Source of the DNA: Lama guanicoe | Lineage: Eukaryota | DNA length: 64,000 nucleotides | Direction: 5' to 3' | NCBI GenBank assembly: GCA_013239625.1 | Contig: MU053758.1 | Span: 744,001 to 808,000 of the forward strand | Shown here: piece after piece, positions 38,781 through 51,334 of the stretch | Layout: each line of letters starts with the position of its first letter | Position numbering within the stretch: the first letter of the stretch is position 1 | Notes under the pieces: generated by a model | The model's database searches: none | Seen by the model: the letters and a program-made list of their open reading frames with translations, nothing else | Told to the model about the DNA's origin: nothing | Translations under genes and position numbers: made by a program

Positions 38781-41700
38781 TTGGGACTTTGAGGACAAAG
38801 GATAGTCCTGAGAGAGAGGAGAAGAAGTGATATCTCCTGTTTTTGAGTAGTCTAATTGATTGTTTAAAGTATTTCATATGTACAGGCACTATAGTCAAGT
38901 CTTTGGCCATTGGTTTCTTCCCTGGCCAGCCTGAGTTCCATGGTGTGCCTCTCTAGTCTTCTCCTATTCTCTTATCCTTTCATCTCACAAGCCTAGAAAA
39001 ATTCTAACCTTGCATCAATTCAGCTGTCCACCTTCTCTGATCTTATACCTGGGCAGCTAATCAGTGCAGGAGAAAGATTACACAATTGGATTACTGCGAC
39101 AGTAAATCTTAGCCTACAACCTCAGCTGACCCCTTAATGATACCTAGCAATTATTTCAAATGCCACATACTAGCAACCTTTCCAATTTTGCTCAGTGTTC
39201 TTCCCCCTCAAATCTTTAGCAGTGTTTACCTTACTACCTCTCACTCTTGCTCAACATCATAGCCTATTTCACAAGATAAAATAAAGACTTTCAGATTAGA
39301 ACCCACTCAGAAATCCTGCTCTGCCCCCTCCTCAAACATGTCTTCCTTGGGCCTCTGCTGCCTGCTCTGATGGGCTTCTGCCTGGCCTCCCTCTGCATCC
39401 TGGGCCTGACCTCTCTGTGACCCTCCCCTGCTAGGCATCGTCCTCTGTCTGATCAGATCCACCTTCAGCAACTTTTATCTGCAGGCAGTAAGACAGGTTC
39501 TGGGCTTAGCCAGACCTGGGTTCTACTGGCTCCAGTTTTTACTTCGTGTGTGTTTGGGCCAATCACATCAGTTTTGCACAATTTTGCACTATTCTAGCCA
39601 AAATGGCCCACAGTTTAGGCTTTCTATGCTCTCAGTCCCTTGTGGAGTGTCTGGCAAATAGTGGAGACTTATTAATGTTTGAGAGAATGAATGCAGTATT
39701 CATAGCTTGAGATGTAAAGAGTATGTAGAATTGTTAATGTTCACAAATCCACACTGTCTTGAGGAGCTCTAAGAACTAGTCCAGCCTAACTTTTTTTGTG
39801 TGTGTAACATTTGCTCTCGGGTGAATAAAGTGACCATGTCTGTAACAAGAAAAACATCAAAGGAATTTTCATGTGAATATCATGTTTTTGAACCTGTTCC
39901 TGATTCTGCACAAGATAAACTGTGGTAGCTCCGCAATTTGGACTTTTAAACTCCTGTAGTACAATCAGGTAACGTTTCCATGCTTAGTTTTTCTCATCTG
40001 TAAAGTAGATTAAATGGCCTTTAAGCTGTAAAATTCAGTGAGTATATGGTCCACAGTCACACTGTCATAGAGTTATCAGTTATTCATCAATCAGATAATC
40101 AGCAGTTTCGATAGACCCAGAATAGTTATTAACCTGAAGCAAGCCAAAAAATGAAACAAATTAAGTTTTAAGCATCAACAGTGACAAAAGTGGCAGGGCA
40201 GGAGCCAAAGACGGTACAGATTGAAGCATGGGAACCAGCTGGAGTTCTTTGTATGTGAGTTCTGCCTTTTCTCTCATTACACAAGTTTGGAACCAAAAGA
40301 CATCTCTGACTTTCCTCCTGACTCTTTATTCCCAACCTGCCTCCATGTCTATTATCAAATCTCTTGTCCCTTCTCTTGCTCTCCAGCAGCTTCCCAAACT
40401 GCTTCCCACCTTCTCTCTCTCCCATCCAGGCTGCACGTTTCTGCTGGATTTGATCACAGTGGACATTATTCCCTATCCTTAAGAACAAGCAAACCAACCA
40501 ACCAGCCGTTCAGTTGCTCCTCTTTGTCTACAGAAAGAAAAAATAACTTAATTCTGACCTGAAATTTAGGGTCTTTTATTTTGCAAAATGCTTAGATAGC
40601 ATTTTTCTTTAGTAGTTCACTGAGTTATATTTGGTTGTCTATTTCATGTAGAGGGCATGGGGGTTGTGTAGTCATACAACCACAATTTGCAGTGTTGATG
40701 CTAAAACACAGGGGAAGAAATACTAGAATGTAGTTTTCCAGTGTTGAAGTGAAAGAGCATAATCATTGAGCGCCAGGATTTGTTACTGTTAATACCCAGG
40801 GTGGATAATGGATTGACCATAGCAGGGATTTCATGTAGTGATAGTGTTACATGAGACACTAGTTGTAAATAGAGTTTTATTTATTTAATTAATTTATTTT
40901 ATATTATTTCTTTTTATTGTCTGGGAATAGACTTCTTTTTAGTCGTGAGTAATACTGTCAACATCAGATAATGTTGCTTGTTTATTATTTAGTAAAAGTT
41001 TAATTGTAGTCATTATGTTTTGTAAGTAAGAGAGCATTGTGCTTCTTCTAGTGGGTTCAGAAAATTTGTGGATGTAGACTTAAGATCACAGAAATATTAC
41101 ATCCCTCAAAAGAACCAAGGACTTTCTTATGACGGGTCCTTCTGTTACTTGAGTTATGTGCTTGTTGTCTGTTATTACCATAGTATTTGTTATTTACTTT
41201 TAGATTGACACCTCTTCATAGGTAAATATCGCATCTTTTAGACTAGATTGTAAGCTTCTTGCAGGCAGACACTAGGTATTATACTTTTGATGGATTGAAG
41301 GAACTGGGACTAGAAGGGCACTATTCCCAGGAATCCTCCCATCCCTACCCAACTGTTTCTAAGGCTGGTACCCCACCCCTGGGTCCCAGGCCTCTGATGC
41401 CTCCACCTGAGACTTCCACCAGATGGTGCTCTTTTCCCATTTCTGTTCTTGGGTGTCATGCCCTATTACCCTTTGCCACTTGCCCACTCTTTCTGCAAGG
41501 TAGTAGTAGATGGAACACTGGTACTAGAAAGAGAATTTGAAATCAAGTGAACCATCCCAAGTGAAAAAAGAGGTTATAGGTAATATCTAGTGTACAGACT
41601 ATTAGCTTTGTTCAGAAAAGCCATTTCCTTGGGTGTAAATCAGTCTTTACCATGTGGCTCACTGCTCAAGGTCAATTGCAAGGGTTTTCCTGGTCTTATT

Positions 41701-42159
41701 AACTTGCCATTGAAGCTCTTCTCAACCAGATGCCATTGGAATTCTAAGATTCCATTTCTAATGCCAGGATAACACTTCAGTTTTAGTCTTTGCTGTCTGT
41801 TTGCAAGCAGTGGTTACCAGAGAACAGAGATGGTCAAGGGGTAAATAGAAGTCTCTGGACACTGAGTATTGCAGACAGCCTATCCATTTAGAAGGCACCA
41901 CTGTTTTGGTACAAAAACTGAAGTTTAGATGTGGACATCTGTAAGTGATCAAGAAGAGATTTGATTTTTTTTAACAGGTGGTTTACCAAGGCAGGGAATG
42001 TATGATGTGTTTTAAATTTCTATAAGTCACAGGTAAAATAACACTTTTAATACTTTTGGTTGCAAAAAAAAAATCTAAATGTTCTAGATTTATAACATGA
42101 CAGATGTTGCCCTTTCTGCATAGCTAGTTTTATAATGCCATTACAATCCTATTCATCTA

Positions 42160-42336
42160 ACCCAGAGGGTCTTATCATATTAGAAGGGGAGAGTTACTCA
42201 CATTTTTGGAAACCTGATGAAGTTTATGGACTCTTCTTTAAGGAAAAAGAAAACGTACCTTGCTTTTTAACCATAATTTTAGGGAGTTTATGAATCTCTC
42301 AAAGCTCAGTTATGGACTCCAAATTAAAGACCTCTG
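42160..42336. mobile_element. Degraded hAT-Charlie-type MITE
   Basis: TIR-like ends cagagggtctta ... ttaaagacctctg. Confidence 0.5.
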
Positions 42337-42429
42337 ATCTGACTACTCCATGATACTAGGCTCTCTGACAAAAACAATTATACCTTCTCTTCATAGTAGA
42401 TTTGTTTTCTATTTTATACTTAATAGAAA

Positions 42430-42690
42430 TGCAGTTAATATGAAATTTAGAGCTTGGGCTCTGGAACCAAACAGATGGATACAAATCTTGGTTCTGGCAC
42501 TTAATAACTGTGATCCTGGTCAGTTTGTTTGACCTTCCTGAGTCTTAGTTTCCTCATCTGTAAAATGGGGATAATAATCGTGCTGACCTTATAGGATTTT
42601 GATGAAGATTAAATAAAATAATACCTGTAAAAATATACTTAGCACAATACCTACCATATGTTAAGTGCTGAATATGTTGTTTTATTATAA
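42430..42690 (+). mobile_element. MIR SINE
   Basis: Core agtttcctcatctgtaaaatggggataataa. Confidence 0.85.
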
Positions 42691-43224
42691 TTAGGAAATG
42701 GATTTATTTTTCCTTCCTAGATGTTTCCAATAATATGAGGATAGTTACAGTTGTTTGTCTTATCTACTTCACCAGGATCTATCCAATTAGCTGGCTGAGT
42801 GATTAAAGCTTGGAGTATTTTAATCTCAATAATCGTGTTTTTTTGTTAGCTCCATGGTCAAGAATTTGACACCCACCCTCAGACCCCAACCTAATTATTG
42901 AGTCAATAGCCTTATTTTTAGGAAAAATCTAGTATTCTGTGAATCTTGTGTGGCAAACTAGAACAACATGATTGCGGTTTGAAAGATGCTGAAATATGTC
43001 TGTAAATTGACCATATCTATTTAAATCACTATTTTATTCATGACAGCAGAGCAAAGGACTTGCCATATAGAAGGCATTCAATAAATATTTGGTGACTGAG
43101 TGACTGGATTCTGTTATAACAGTAAAATGTCTTAAGAGAAAGAATCCATTTTTCTGAGTGTTTTTAAGTTAAATGATGTTTTCAAGACTTTCCTCCTTCA
43201 TTTCTTATTAGAGTGCCTGTTCTG

Positions 43225-43430
43225 CAACTAGTTGCTAGGACTGGAAACTTGTCTGCCTTATTTACTAGCTGTGTAACCATGGGCGAGTTATTTCACCTCT
43301 TGAAGCCTTGGTTTTCTAATTTATAAAATGGGCATAATAATAGGGTTAGAGTGTGGAGGAAGTGAGTTAATATAAAAGAGATACTTAGAACAGTGCCCAA
43401 CAATATGTTCCAAAAATCTTAGCATTGTCA
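43225..43430 (+). mobile_element. MIR SINE
   Basis: ttactagctgtgtaaccatgggcgagtta...tataaaatgggcataataa. Confidence 0.75.
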
Positions 43431-43492
43431 TTATCATTAACTAATTGCTACTACTACTACAGTTGAAGTTGCTCTTCAAGACTCCCTTCATA

Positions 43493-43813
43493 TGGATTTT
43501 TGGGGCAATGAAATTATTCTGTATGATACTGTAGTGGTGGCTACATGTCATTATGCATTTGTCAAAACCCATAGAATGTACAACATCAAGCGTGAACCCT
43601 AATGTAAACTATGGACTTTGGTTGATAATAATGTGTCCATATTGGTTCATCGATTGTACCAAATGTGCCACACTGATGAGGGATGTTGAGGGTAGAGGAG
43701 TATATATGTGTGGGTGGGGAGGGCTGTGTGCAAACTCTGTATTTTCTGCTCAATTCTGCTGTGAACCTGAAACTGTTCTAAAAAATAAAGTCTGTTAATA
43801 AAAAAATTTTAAA
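43493..43813 (+). mobile_element. L1MC-like 3' end
   Basis: 15-bp TSD AAGACTCCCT(T/C)CATA at 43478-92 and 43814-28. gtgaaccctaatgtaaactatggactttgg motif; AATAAA. Confidence 0.85.
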
Positions 43814-44640
43814 AAGACTCCCTCCATACAGTGGGCTTGTTTTATTTGTTGCATCTTTCCCTAAACTAAAATTCAATTAAAACTTCTTTAATTTAAAAAC
43901 ACAAATAGCAGATTTGTCTTGCATGTAATATAACTGTAAATTTTCAAGGCTTTATTCTGTAGAGTAGACTAAATGTGAAGTCTTATTCTTCCACAAGTAG
44001 AGATGGATTTATTTTGACTGAATGTGAAAATCATCATCATCAATATGGTTGCAACATTTTCTCTCTGCTCATTCTGTACTCCTCTTCCAGTTCCAAATAT
44101 TATTTGCATGGACCTGATGATGTTGAGTATGAATATTGCAGAGGAGTGATAGCTTCCCTTTCATATTGAAGCTGAAACTTCAGAGAGAAGATTAAAGAAG
44201 TGTTTGTTATCTATCTGCACAGGCCTTATGTGAAATTCTTAGAGGACTTTAGAGTAAACAGAGCTCTGTGTGTATGTTTGCATGCTTTTTCTTCTATATA
44301 CTTCTATTGTGGTCTTTGTATTTTGGTTTAAAATTTCTAGTTTCAGACTTGTTGGAGTCTCCGGCTAAGGGATAATTGTTTTCAGAGTGAAGGATAAGAA
44401 TTAGAAGATGTTGGCAGGATTTGACTAAATGCCTCCTAAAGATTGTGTAATTCTCTAGTGTGGAATCATCTTTCCAGAGAATGTGGTGAAGGCCATTCAT
44501 AGGATATATTTAACAAGACAAGAGCAAGACCTTAAATGTGTCCAGCAGAGAATAATCCATGGTGCCCTCCAGTGAGGGATGAAATTGCTCACCTTTTGGC
44601 CTTGCCTTTTAGACATATCCTCTGTGAGCTGTAGGATAGG

Positions 44641-44660
44641 GTGTGTGTGTGTGTGTGTGT
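44641..44660. repeat. (GT)10 microsatellite
   Basis: Perfect dinucleotide run. Confidence 0.95.
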
Positions 44661-46049
44661 TTAACAGACTTTCTTTAGGGTTATTACATAATTAATACTT
44701 AGAATAAGAAGAGAGGGAAAAGTGGTAGGTTATCAGGATAGTGTTATGCCTTCTAAGAAAGAAGGGAGCTAACATTCCACTTCATGCCATTACACATCAA
44801 GATCTACATATGATTTTTATTGACAGAAATATTTAATTACAATATCATCAAGAATAAAGCAGATTCTGATATTTTACTTCAACAAATAGACCTGCTACTT
44901 TGTTGGATTAAATTTAATTTATCTGTAATATTTAATTCTTTCTCTATAATCAGGTATAGCTACTGTAGGCAGAAGCAATAATCTTAGTATATATGAACTT
45001 ACAACATCTTCTTAACTAACAAGAGAAACCAGGAAGCCAGGACACTTTACAGTAGGTAGAGAAGGGAACTGAATATATGTGTGTGAGTTGGAGTGGGAAT
45101 TGTAGGATGGGGAGCGGACAAAAGAAGAGGTGGAAATCGTTAGTAACATATTTTATTTTAACTGCCATGGCACGGCTAGGTTTGTTTTTTTCTGGTTTGC
45201 TGGGTTTTTTTCTTATTTTTCAATGAATGAGAACAGCGTTGGCTAGCAGAGTTCGTGTTGTTGCCATTGTTAACATTTTGGAAAGAGGAGTGCACACACA
45301 CACAGATTTGTACATGCTCATGCCTTAATTTCTATTTCTGTTGAATTAGAGGTTGCATAATGTTTGGAATCAGGGGCCAAGGCAATGCCTTAAGAGAAAT
45401 TGGAAAAATAGGAACAGAAGATGGAACATTGCTCACCCCTTTGATAATTTGCTTGATTCGCTGTGTTTTACAGAGAGGAGTTTTATGGAAAACTTTTCAC
45501 AGTGGCCAGGTTCAGTGGGAAGCTGCACTGTCTGCTAGGTGGAGATTGACCTATCATGCTAATTCCCACCCCTTCCTCCTCTCGCCTTTTCCAGTGAAGA
45601 TGTCAAAGCTGCCCAAAACTTTTCTTGCCCTCTAACCCAAGTATCTTACATTCCTTCAGCTGATTGCCAGCCCAGAACAGTTTTGAGAAAGAGAAGGGAC
45701 AAGAAAAGTCAATCACAATATTTCTTCTCCACCTTCTCTTCCTCAACTCTGCTAATTTCCCACAAATTAATATCTGGATTGTTGTAGCAACATACTCCCC
45801 ACTGATCTCCTTCTCCATTTTCTGAATTTTTATCTTATCAAGAGATAACCTAGATACTCACCAGGTTGCTGTTCCTCCCTAAAGTAGCCACACCTTATTT
45901 CATCAAGTATGTACTGGAAGACACACCATTATCACCAATGTATTCCCCTTTTCTTAATCTTTTTTGGACTATGAGTCCTTTTAAGAATTTGATAAACACT
46001 GTGGACTCTTTCCCTAGAAAAAAACGCTTATATACATACCCTGAGAAGT

Positions 46050-46420
46050 CAAGATGAGGTTAGAAAAATATTTTTTCTGTTTAGCAGCATGGAGGTCACT
46101 ATGTTCATAGTAGGAATTAACATGTAGTGACTGTAAGCAAGATTGGAGTATGTTGAAGAGTGAGTGGGAGGTGAGGAAATAAAGAAAGTTTAGGCAATGT
46201 TTTTGAAAATTTCACTGTGATGTGAAGGGAAAGAGGACAGCAGATGGAGGGATATGAAAGGGGTGAAGGAGGATTTGCTTTATTTTTGTGTGAGCATAAA
46301 TGCTGATGGCAAAGGCCAAATTGACAGGAAAAGGTTGAATATATACAAGAAGAAATCGATACGGAATAATGTAAGGTTCCTGTGAAGGGAGGAGGAAATG
46401 GAATCCAAAGTACGATAGAC
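46050..46420 (-). mobile_element. L2 fragment
   Basis: tttagcagcatggaggtcact...ttgaagagtgagtgggaggtgaggaa. Confidence 0.6.
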
Positions 46421-46699
46421 TTTTTGTGGGTAGCCACCATATATAACATTGTTTCTGTGGGGGGAAGAAAAAGCAATTTAGATTTCAAATAAGTGACTTA
46501 CAAGTGATCCTTTCCACCACTGCCATTTCATTAATTTTAAGACTTTAAGGGTTGTTTTTGCAAATCATTTCCCAAAATAAAAGAGGAGATGGAATGATAG
46601 AGTGGACTGCAAGAACACCAACTTGGCTTGGACATTTAAATGTTAGATGACCTTTAGTCAATTGTTCATGCTTCATGTATAAAACCAAGAATTTAGGCC

Positions 46700-46876
46700 T
46701 TGAAGGTATTTCAGATGTTTTGGGGGCGGGTGTTTTAGTTGTCATAACAACTGCGGGTGCCACTGTTATTTGTGCCCAGGACTACTGATGCTGATTTGTC
46801 TTGTAATACACAGGACAGGTTGTCACAACAAATTGTCCTGCTCAAAGCCTGCAGAACTCCTGATGAGAAATGCTGG
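46700..46876 (+). mobile_element. MER20-family hAT-Charlie MITE
   Basis: ttttagttgtcataacaactg...cacaggacag...gagaaatgctg. Confidence 0.6.
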
Positions 46877-47136
46877 ACCATGGCTAGCTAACCACTTAGG
46901 ACCTTTCCACCTCTAAAGTCAAACTTACCAAAGGAGATACAGAGTTAAATGTCCCTTTCAAAGCCTTTGAGAATCTTTCAAATCTCAGGGATAACCCTTT
47001 GGTTTTTCTTAGAGTAGGTAGTAGCTTTGGCTAGTTATTGACTGTTTAGGAAGCTTTTGGACTATATCTACCAAAAGCCAACTAAGACTGAGAAATACAA
47101 GTCTGACTTATCTCCATTCTTTTCTTTGTATTTCAG

Positions 47137-47162
47137 GTACTTTTGGGATTATCAGCCCCAAG
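47137..47162 (+). CDS. SKAP1: SKAP1 coding exon 3 (26-nt micro-exon)
   Basis: ttctttgtatttcag acceptor and AAG/GTGAGT donor. Encodes (R)YFWDYQPQ(G) vs human RYYWDFQPQG. Phase 2 to 1, in frame with exons 2 and 4. Confidence 0.95.
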
Positions 47163-49611
47163 GTGAGTCCTCTTCGACAATTTACGATTTTACAGTAAAA
47201 ATGTGTAGATGGTGGTGTTTACTTCCGTCTCTTCTAAATAAGCTTCACCATAGAGTGGCATTAGCCATTTCCGAGGAAGATCAGTGGAGTGTTTAATTAA
47301 CCTTCACCCTGCTGGGCTCCCCTGCCCTGCTTTTTAGCAACAAGAGGCTCTGATGCTCTGCTTTCTCAGTGGACTAGATTATTTTATAGAACCAAAGCTT
47401 TAATATGCTTTTATTCCTTGAGCTTTGTTAGATGCCAACGGATCCACTGCCGTTCAAATAAAATGGTGGCCGAGTCCATCATAAAAACCTTGGGAGGCCT
47501 CCAACTCAGCTAATCCTTCATTTGCTCCAGAAATAAATTCCGGTATGTTACCTCCTCGATCACAGTGTTCTTCTACACAGCCTGCCTGTCTGGCAGCAGA
47601 GAAATGTCAGAAATGGAGTGGTGTTGAAATTCCCACTAGAACAGTGTTATCACATTTTAATATGAGCCTCACTGCAGCCTCAGTGCTTCTAATTGCTTTC
47701 AAACCATTGTTTCCCTGCTTTTGCTTGATGAACCCAGCATCTGGCATGATTCTGAAAAGTACAACAGACAGCTGTGTGCAAAATTAAAGAAAAAAAAGGC
47801 AGGAATCGAACATATTTTTAAAGGTTCAAAATTGGAATTTTTTTCTGAATTCAGTTTGAAGGGATGTCTTTAAAGTATATGCATTCTTTGTTTTTGGTAT
47901 TCTGGTAGAGAATGTCTGAAACATCATTCTGAATATTAATTATCTTAATTTATATAAATGGGGGGTTTTTATTTTCTCAGAAAATCAGTTTTAGATTAAG
48001 CTTGCAAACAGCTTTATGAACTGTTTTGCTCTATAACTTTTTTTAACCAATTGCAAACTTTTCCTTTTATTCTCTTAATATTGTCAGTATATCCAGTCTC
48101 AGTGAGCAGTAAAACCTTTAAAAATTCAAGTTGTAATGATATTAGTTTTATTGAAATTTTAATCTTTCTAGCTCATACTTTGTTTTAGGGCATTTCAAGT
48201 CTATATAGGTTTTCTTTAAAAGCAAACTTTAAGAAATAAAAATCTTACATTTTAAAGCTTTTTGATGCCTCCAAGTTAAAGTTGTAGCATTTATAATATT
48301 TTAAATAACGTCATGTGGTGTTACTATATATTCACTGTCCTACAATGCTTATGGCTGAAAACATAGACTGAGAATAAAGAATTACATGTAATAATGTCGC
48401 AGTTGGCTTTGCAAAATGTGAAATATACTATTCAGGGAATGGCCCTATAGTTCAGGGTTTAACAGATGTTAACCAAAATCCACAGAGGGCAGAACATGAA
48501 TTTGAACTGGCAGAAATGAATGAAACTGTGAGGGTAGAATTAATTACCTAAAGGAGAAATAAAGAATTATTGTCAGAGATGTGGTATAATAATGTGTTGA
48601 GAAGAGAAAATAATTTTGGAAGCTAACACAAGAGACTATGTGGGGCTAAAAAGACAAAAGGCACATCTTACCAGCTTCTTGTAATAGAGGCAGTGCAGTT
48701 ACCTTCCGGCATAGGGCAACGTCTACACAGACTTTCTCAGAAAAAGGGCAGAGGTAGGACAGCCAAGGGGACAGCTGGAAAGAGTTTATTTAGAACAGAA
48801 AACTGTATTTGCTTCTTGACAATGATTGGATATATATAGCAAATTCTTTGCTCATTTGAAAGTAAATGTAAGTAAAGATCAGATAGAAAAACCCATATTC
48901 ATGTGTCTTACCCCCAGCTTTGCTCCTCCCCCTGACACTTTTTTTGTGGGGAGAAGAGGGAGGAGTATCTTTTGTCTTGCCCTTTTGATCGGATCTTAGC
49001 TGATTGCTTCAGAAACTGGTAGAGTGGGTGGGAGCAGTAACAGGTCTTTATAAGGTACTATAGGATAATTTAGGGTTATGAAAAGAATAGAAATATGTAA
49101 GAAAGAGAACAGATGGCAGAAGAATTTTAAAAGCCCTGTAAGGCTAGGGAGTAGTAGGGGAAGGGAATGAGAAAGGACGAAATGATATTCCCAAACTTTC
49201 CTAGCATTTTTATCTATGGCAGGATTCCTCTGTGCAGGAAGATGATGGGATGAATTTTATTAACTGTGCATTTGCCTAAATACACATTTGTGTGCTTCAG
49301 GATATTTGAACTAAACCAGAGTCTGGTGCCTAGAAGGAAAATAGTCCTTAATTATAAAAGATCTCTTATTTATAAATATCTTTATTAGCACACATTTAAA
49401 CATCTAGTTATGTCTGTGATGAGTTGGTACAATGTACTGAAAAGGTAACCTTTAAAGAAAGATGCTTGGAAGAGTGGACTGTCCAGACGTAGAGAAGGAT
49501 TGCAAGCAAAGTGTTTCTTATCAATCATTCTATTCAATCCCAAGTTTAATGTGGTGGAGGAGTGACTGTTGAATAGTATTAGGGAAAGTTTTGTCCCTGT
49601 TCTGGAGAAGA

Positions 49612-49910
49612 AACATAGCATGGTAGAGTGTGGATGTTACAGTCTGACAGACCTGGGTTCAAATCCCACCTACACCATTTAACTAAAGGTTATGTGACCT
49701 TAGCAAGTTGCTTAATTTCTGTGACGTTAGCTTCCTTGTCTACAAAATGGGGATGTGCCAGACATTGTGTTAAGTCTTATTTAACCCTCAGAATAGCCCT
49801 ATGAAATAGGTACTGTTAATATACCTATTTGATAGATGTGGATATTGAGGTACAGTGAGGTTAAGAGAATTGCTCAGGGTCATGCCCCTCAAGGATTCTA
49901 GCTCGGACAG
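49612..49910. mobile_element. Two adjacent MIR SINEs in opposite orientation
   Basis: Plus copy: gacctgggttcaaatccc...gtctacaaaatgggg. Minus copy: tagatgtggatattgaggtacagtgaggttaag. Confidence 0.75.
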
Positions 49911-49934
49911 TATGACTTCATAGCATTCACTCTT

Positions 49935-50325
49935 TTTGGAAAAATAAATAACAGCTTTATTGAGACACAATTCACACATCATAAAATTCACCCTTTAAAA
50001 GTGTACAAGGCAATGCCTCCCTCTATCTGACAGGCCTGGGGTAGTTACTGCTGCTAAGGTTTCCACTGCAGACGCAAGAGAAAAAGAGTCCTTGTGCTTT
50101 CTGTCTGATTGTGACAGGCCAGATTGAATGAGGGAAGACAGGGAAAAAATTTTTTGCAACTCAGGTGTAATTTTGTGAACAGTATAAGCCTGCTCTACTC
50201 CAAAGGGGAAAAAAGTATGCAAGTCAGTGGTTTTTAGTATAGTTACTCAGTTGTGCAAGCATCACCAATGTCTAATTTCAGAACGTTCATTACCCCAGTA
50301 AGAAACCTCATGCTCATTAGTAGTT
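49935..50325 (-). mobile_element. L1MA/MB 3' terminal fragment, split by the snoRNA retrocopy
   Basis: aacagctttattgagacacaattcacacatcataaaattcaccctttaaaagtgtacaa | tcagtggtttttagtata...; continuous once 50010-50223 is removed. Confidence 0.85.
50014..50143 (+). ncRNA. SNORA31: Retroposed box H/ACA snoRNA, SNORA31 (ACA31) family copy; retrogene or pseudogene
   Basis: About 130 nt with two hairpins, H box AGAGAA (50077-82) and ACA (50138-40) + 3 nt. Each box lies 14 nt from the base of its upper stem. The 3' pocket GTGCTT/TTGAAT is complementary to 28S rRNA AUUCAA-UG-AAGCGC. Strong similarity to recalled human SNORA31. Lies in a 201-bp insert with a 13-bp TSD. Confidence 0.85.
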
Positions 50326-51334
50326 CCAGAGCCCAGTATCTTCATTGCTGTATTTTACTGTCTCACTGCAGAGTTGTTACAAGGATCAGTAATAATATAT
50401 GTGAGCCCTAGCATGGTACCTGGACGTAGTGTAGTTTCTGTTTATAATAGTGTTAATGCTAATTCTTTTCCTCACATTTTCACTTAAATTTTCTTATTAG
50501 TCCACTGTCACCTTCCTGAATGATGTTCATTAAAAAAAGAATGAAACATAGGGAAAACAAAACATAATCCAAATAATGTATTACTCTAATGTAGGAGGAA
50601 CGGAAATGAAAGAGCTCTTTTAATGAGCTCAGATACAGTTGGAAAACATGGGAAAGGCTTTTTATTTTTTAATAAGATAGAGAATCCTTTGATAATTCAA
50701 GTCCTGTTTACTTTAAGAACTTTTTTTCTGCTTAAGTTTTCGCTTAAGTTTACCAAGAAAATTCATTGGAATCTTTGCCATGGAACTTCTATCATTTCAG
50801 TAATCAGATCTCTAAAACATGATATTGGTCAGGTGTCTAAACAACAGTATCAGTGTTACCTGTTAGATGTGGTGACAATAGCACTTAATGGCATTCAGCA
50901 TACTGACAATTATAGTTGAATCAAAATTTCAATTATAAGACATAATGTGTGTAATTTAAATTTTATTACAATAAACGTCTTGATGAATATTAGAAAAATT
51001 GCCCACCATTGGCCCAGAGTCTAAAACAAATGACACAATATTTAAATAAAAATTTAAGAAAGACCCATGAGAATATTATAAATATATATAACAAAATCAT
51101 ATTTTTTTCTGTCCAATGGTCACTCACATTTGTGATAGTGGTAAATATGGGCCAGTGAAATTTCTTGCCAGTTTGCAGATTCTTTGAATATGGATGGTAT
51201 AGAGGGTTTATGAGAAAATTATTTGATATATTTCAGTATGAAACTTCCCACTGCATGAATCTTAAAAATCTTATTTTGAAATGCCAAGTCTGTATCCCTT
51301 GTCAAATTAAATTATCTTGGCAAAAGCAATTAGA

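Noticed and set aside
47057..47296. 79-aa ORF containing RYFWDYQPQG
   Set aside because: Only 47137-47162 is SKAP1 exon 3; the flanks are intron that happens to be open. The same applies to ORF 62674-62907.
50148..50156. Sm site suggesting a spliceosomal snRNA
   Set aside because: No similarity to the Sm-class snRNAs I recall; the H/ACA interpretation explains the upstream sequence much better.
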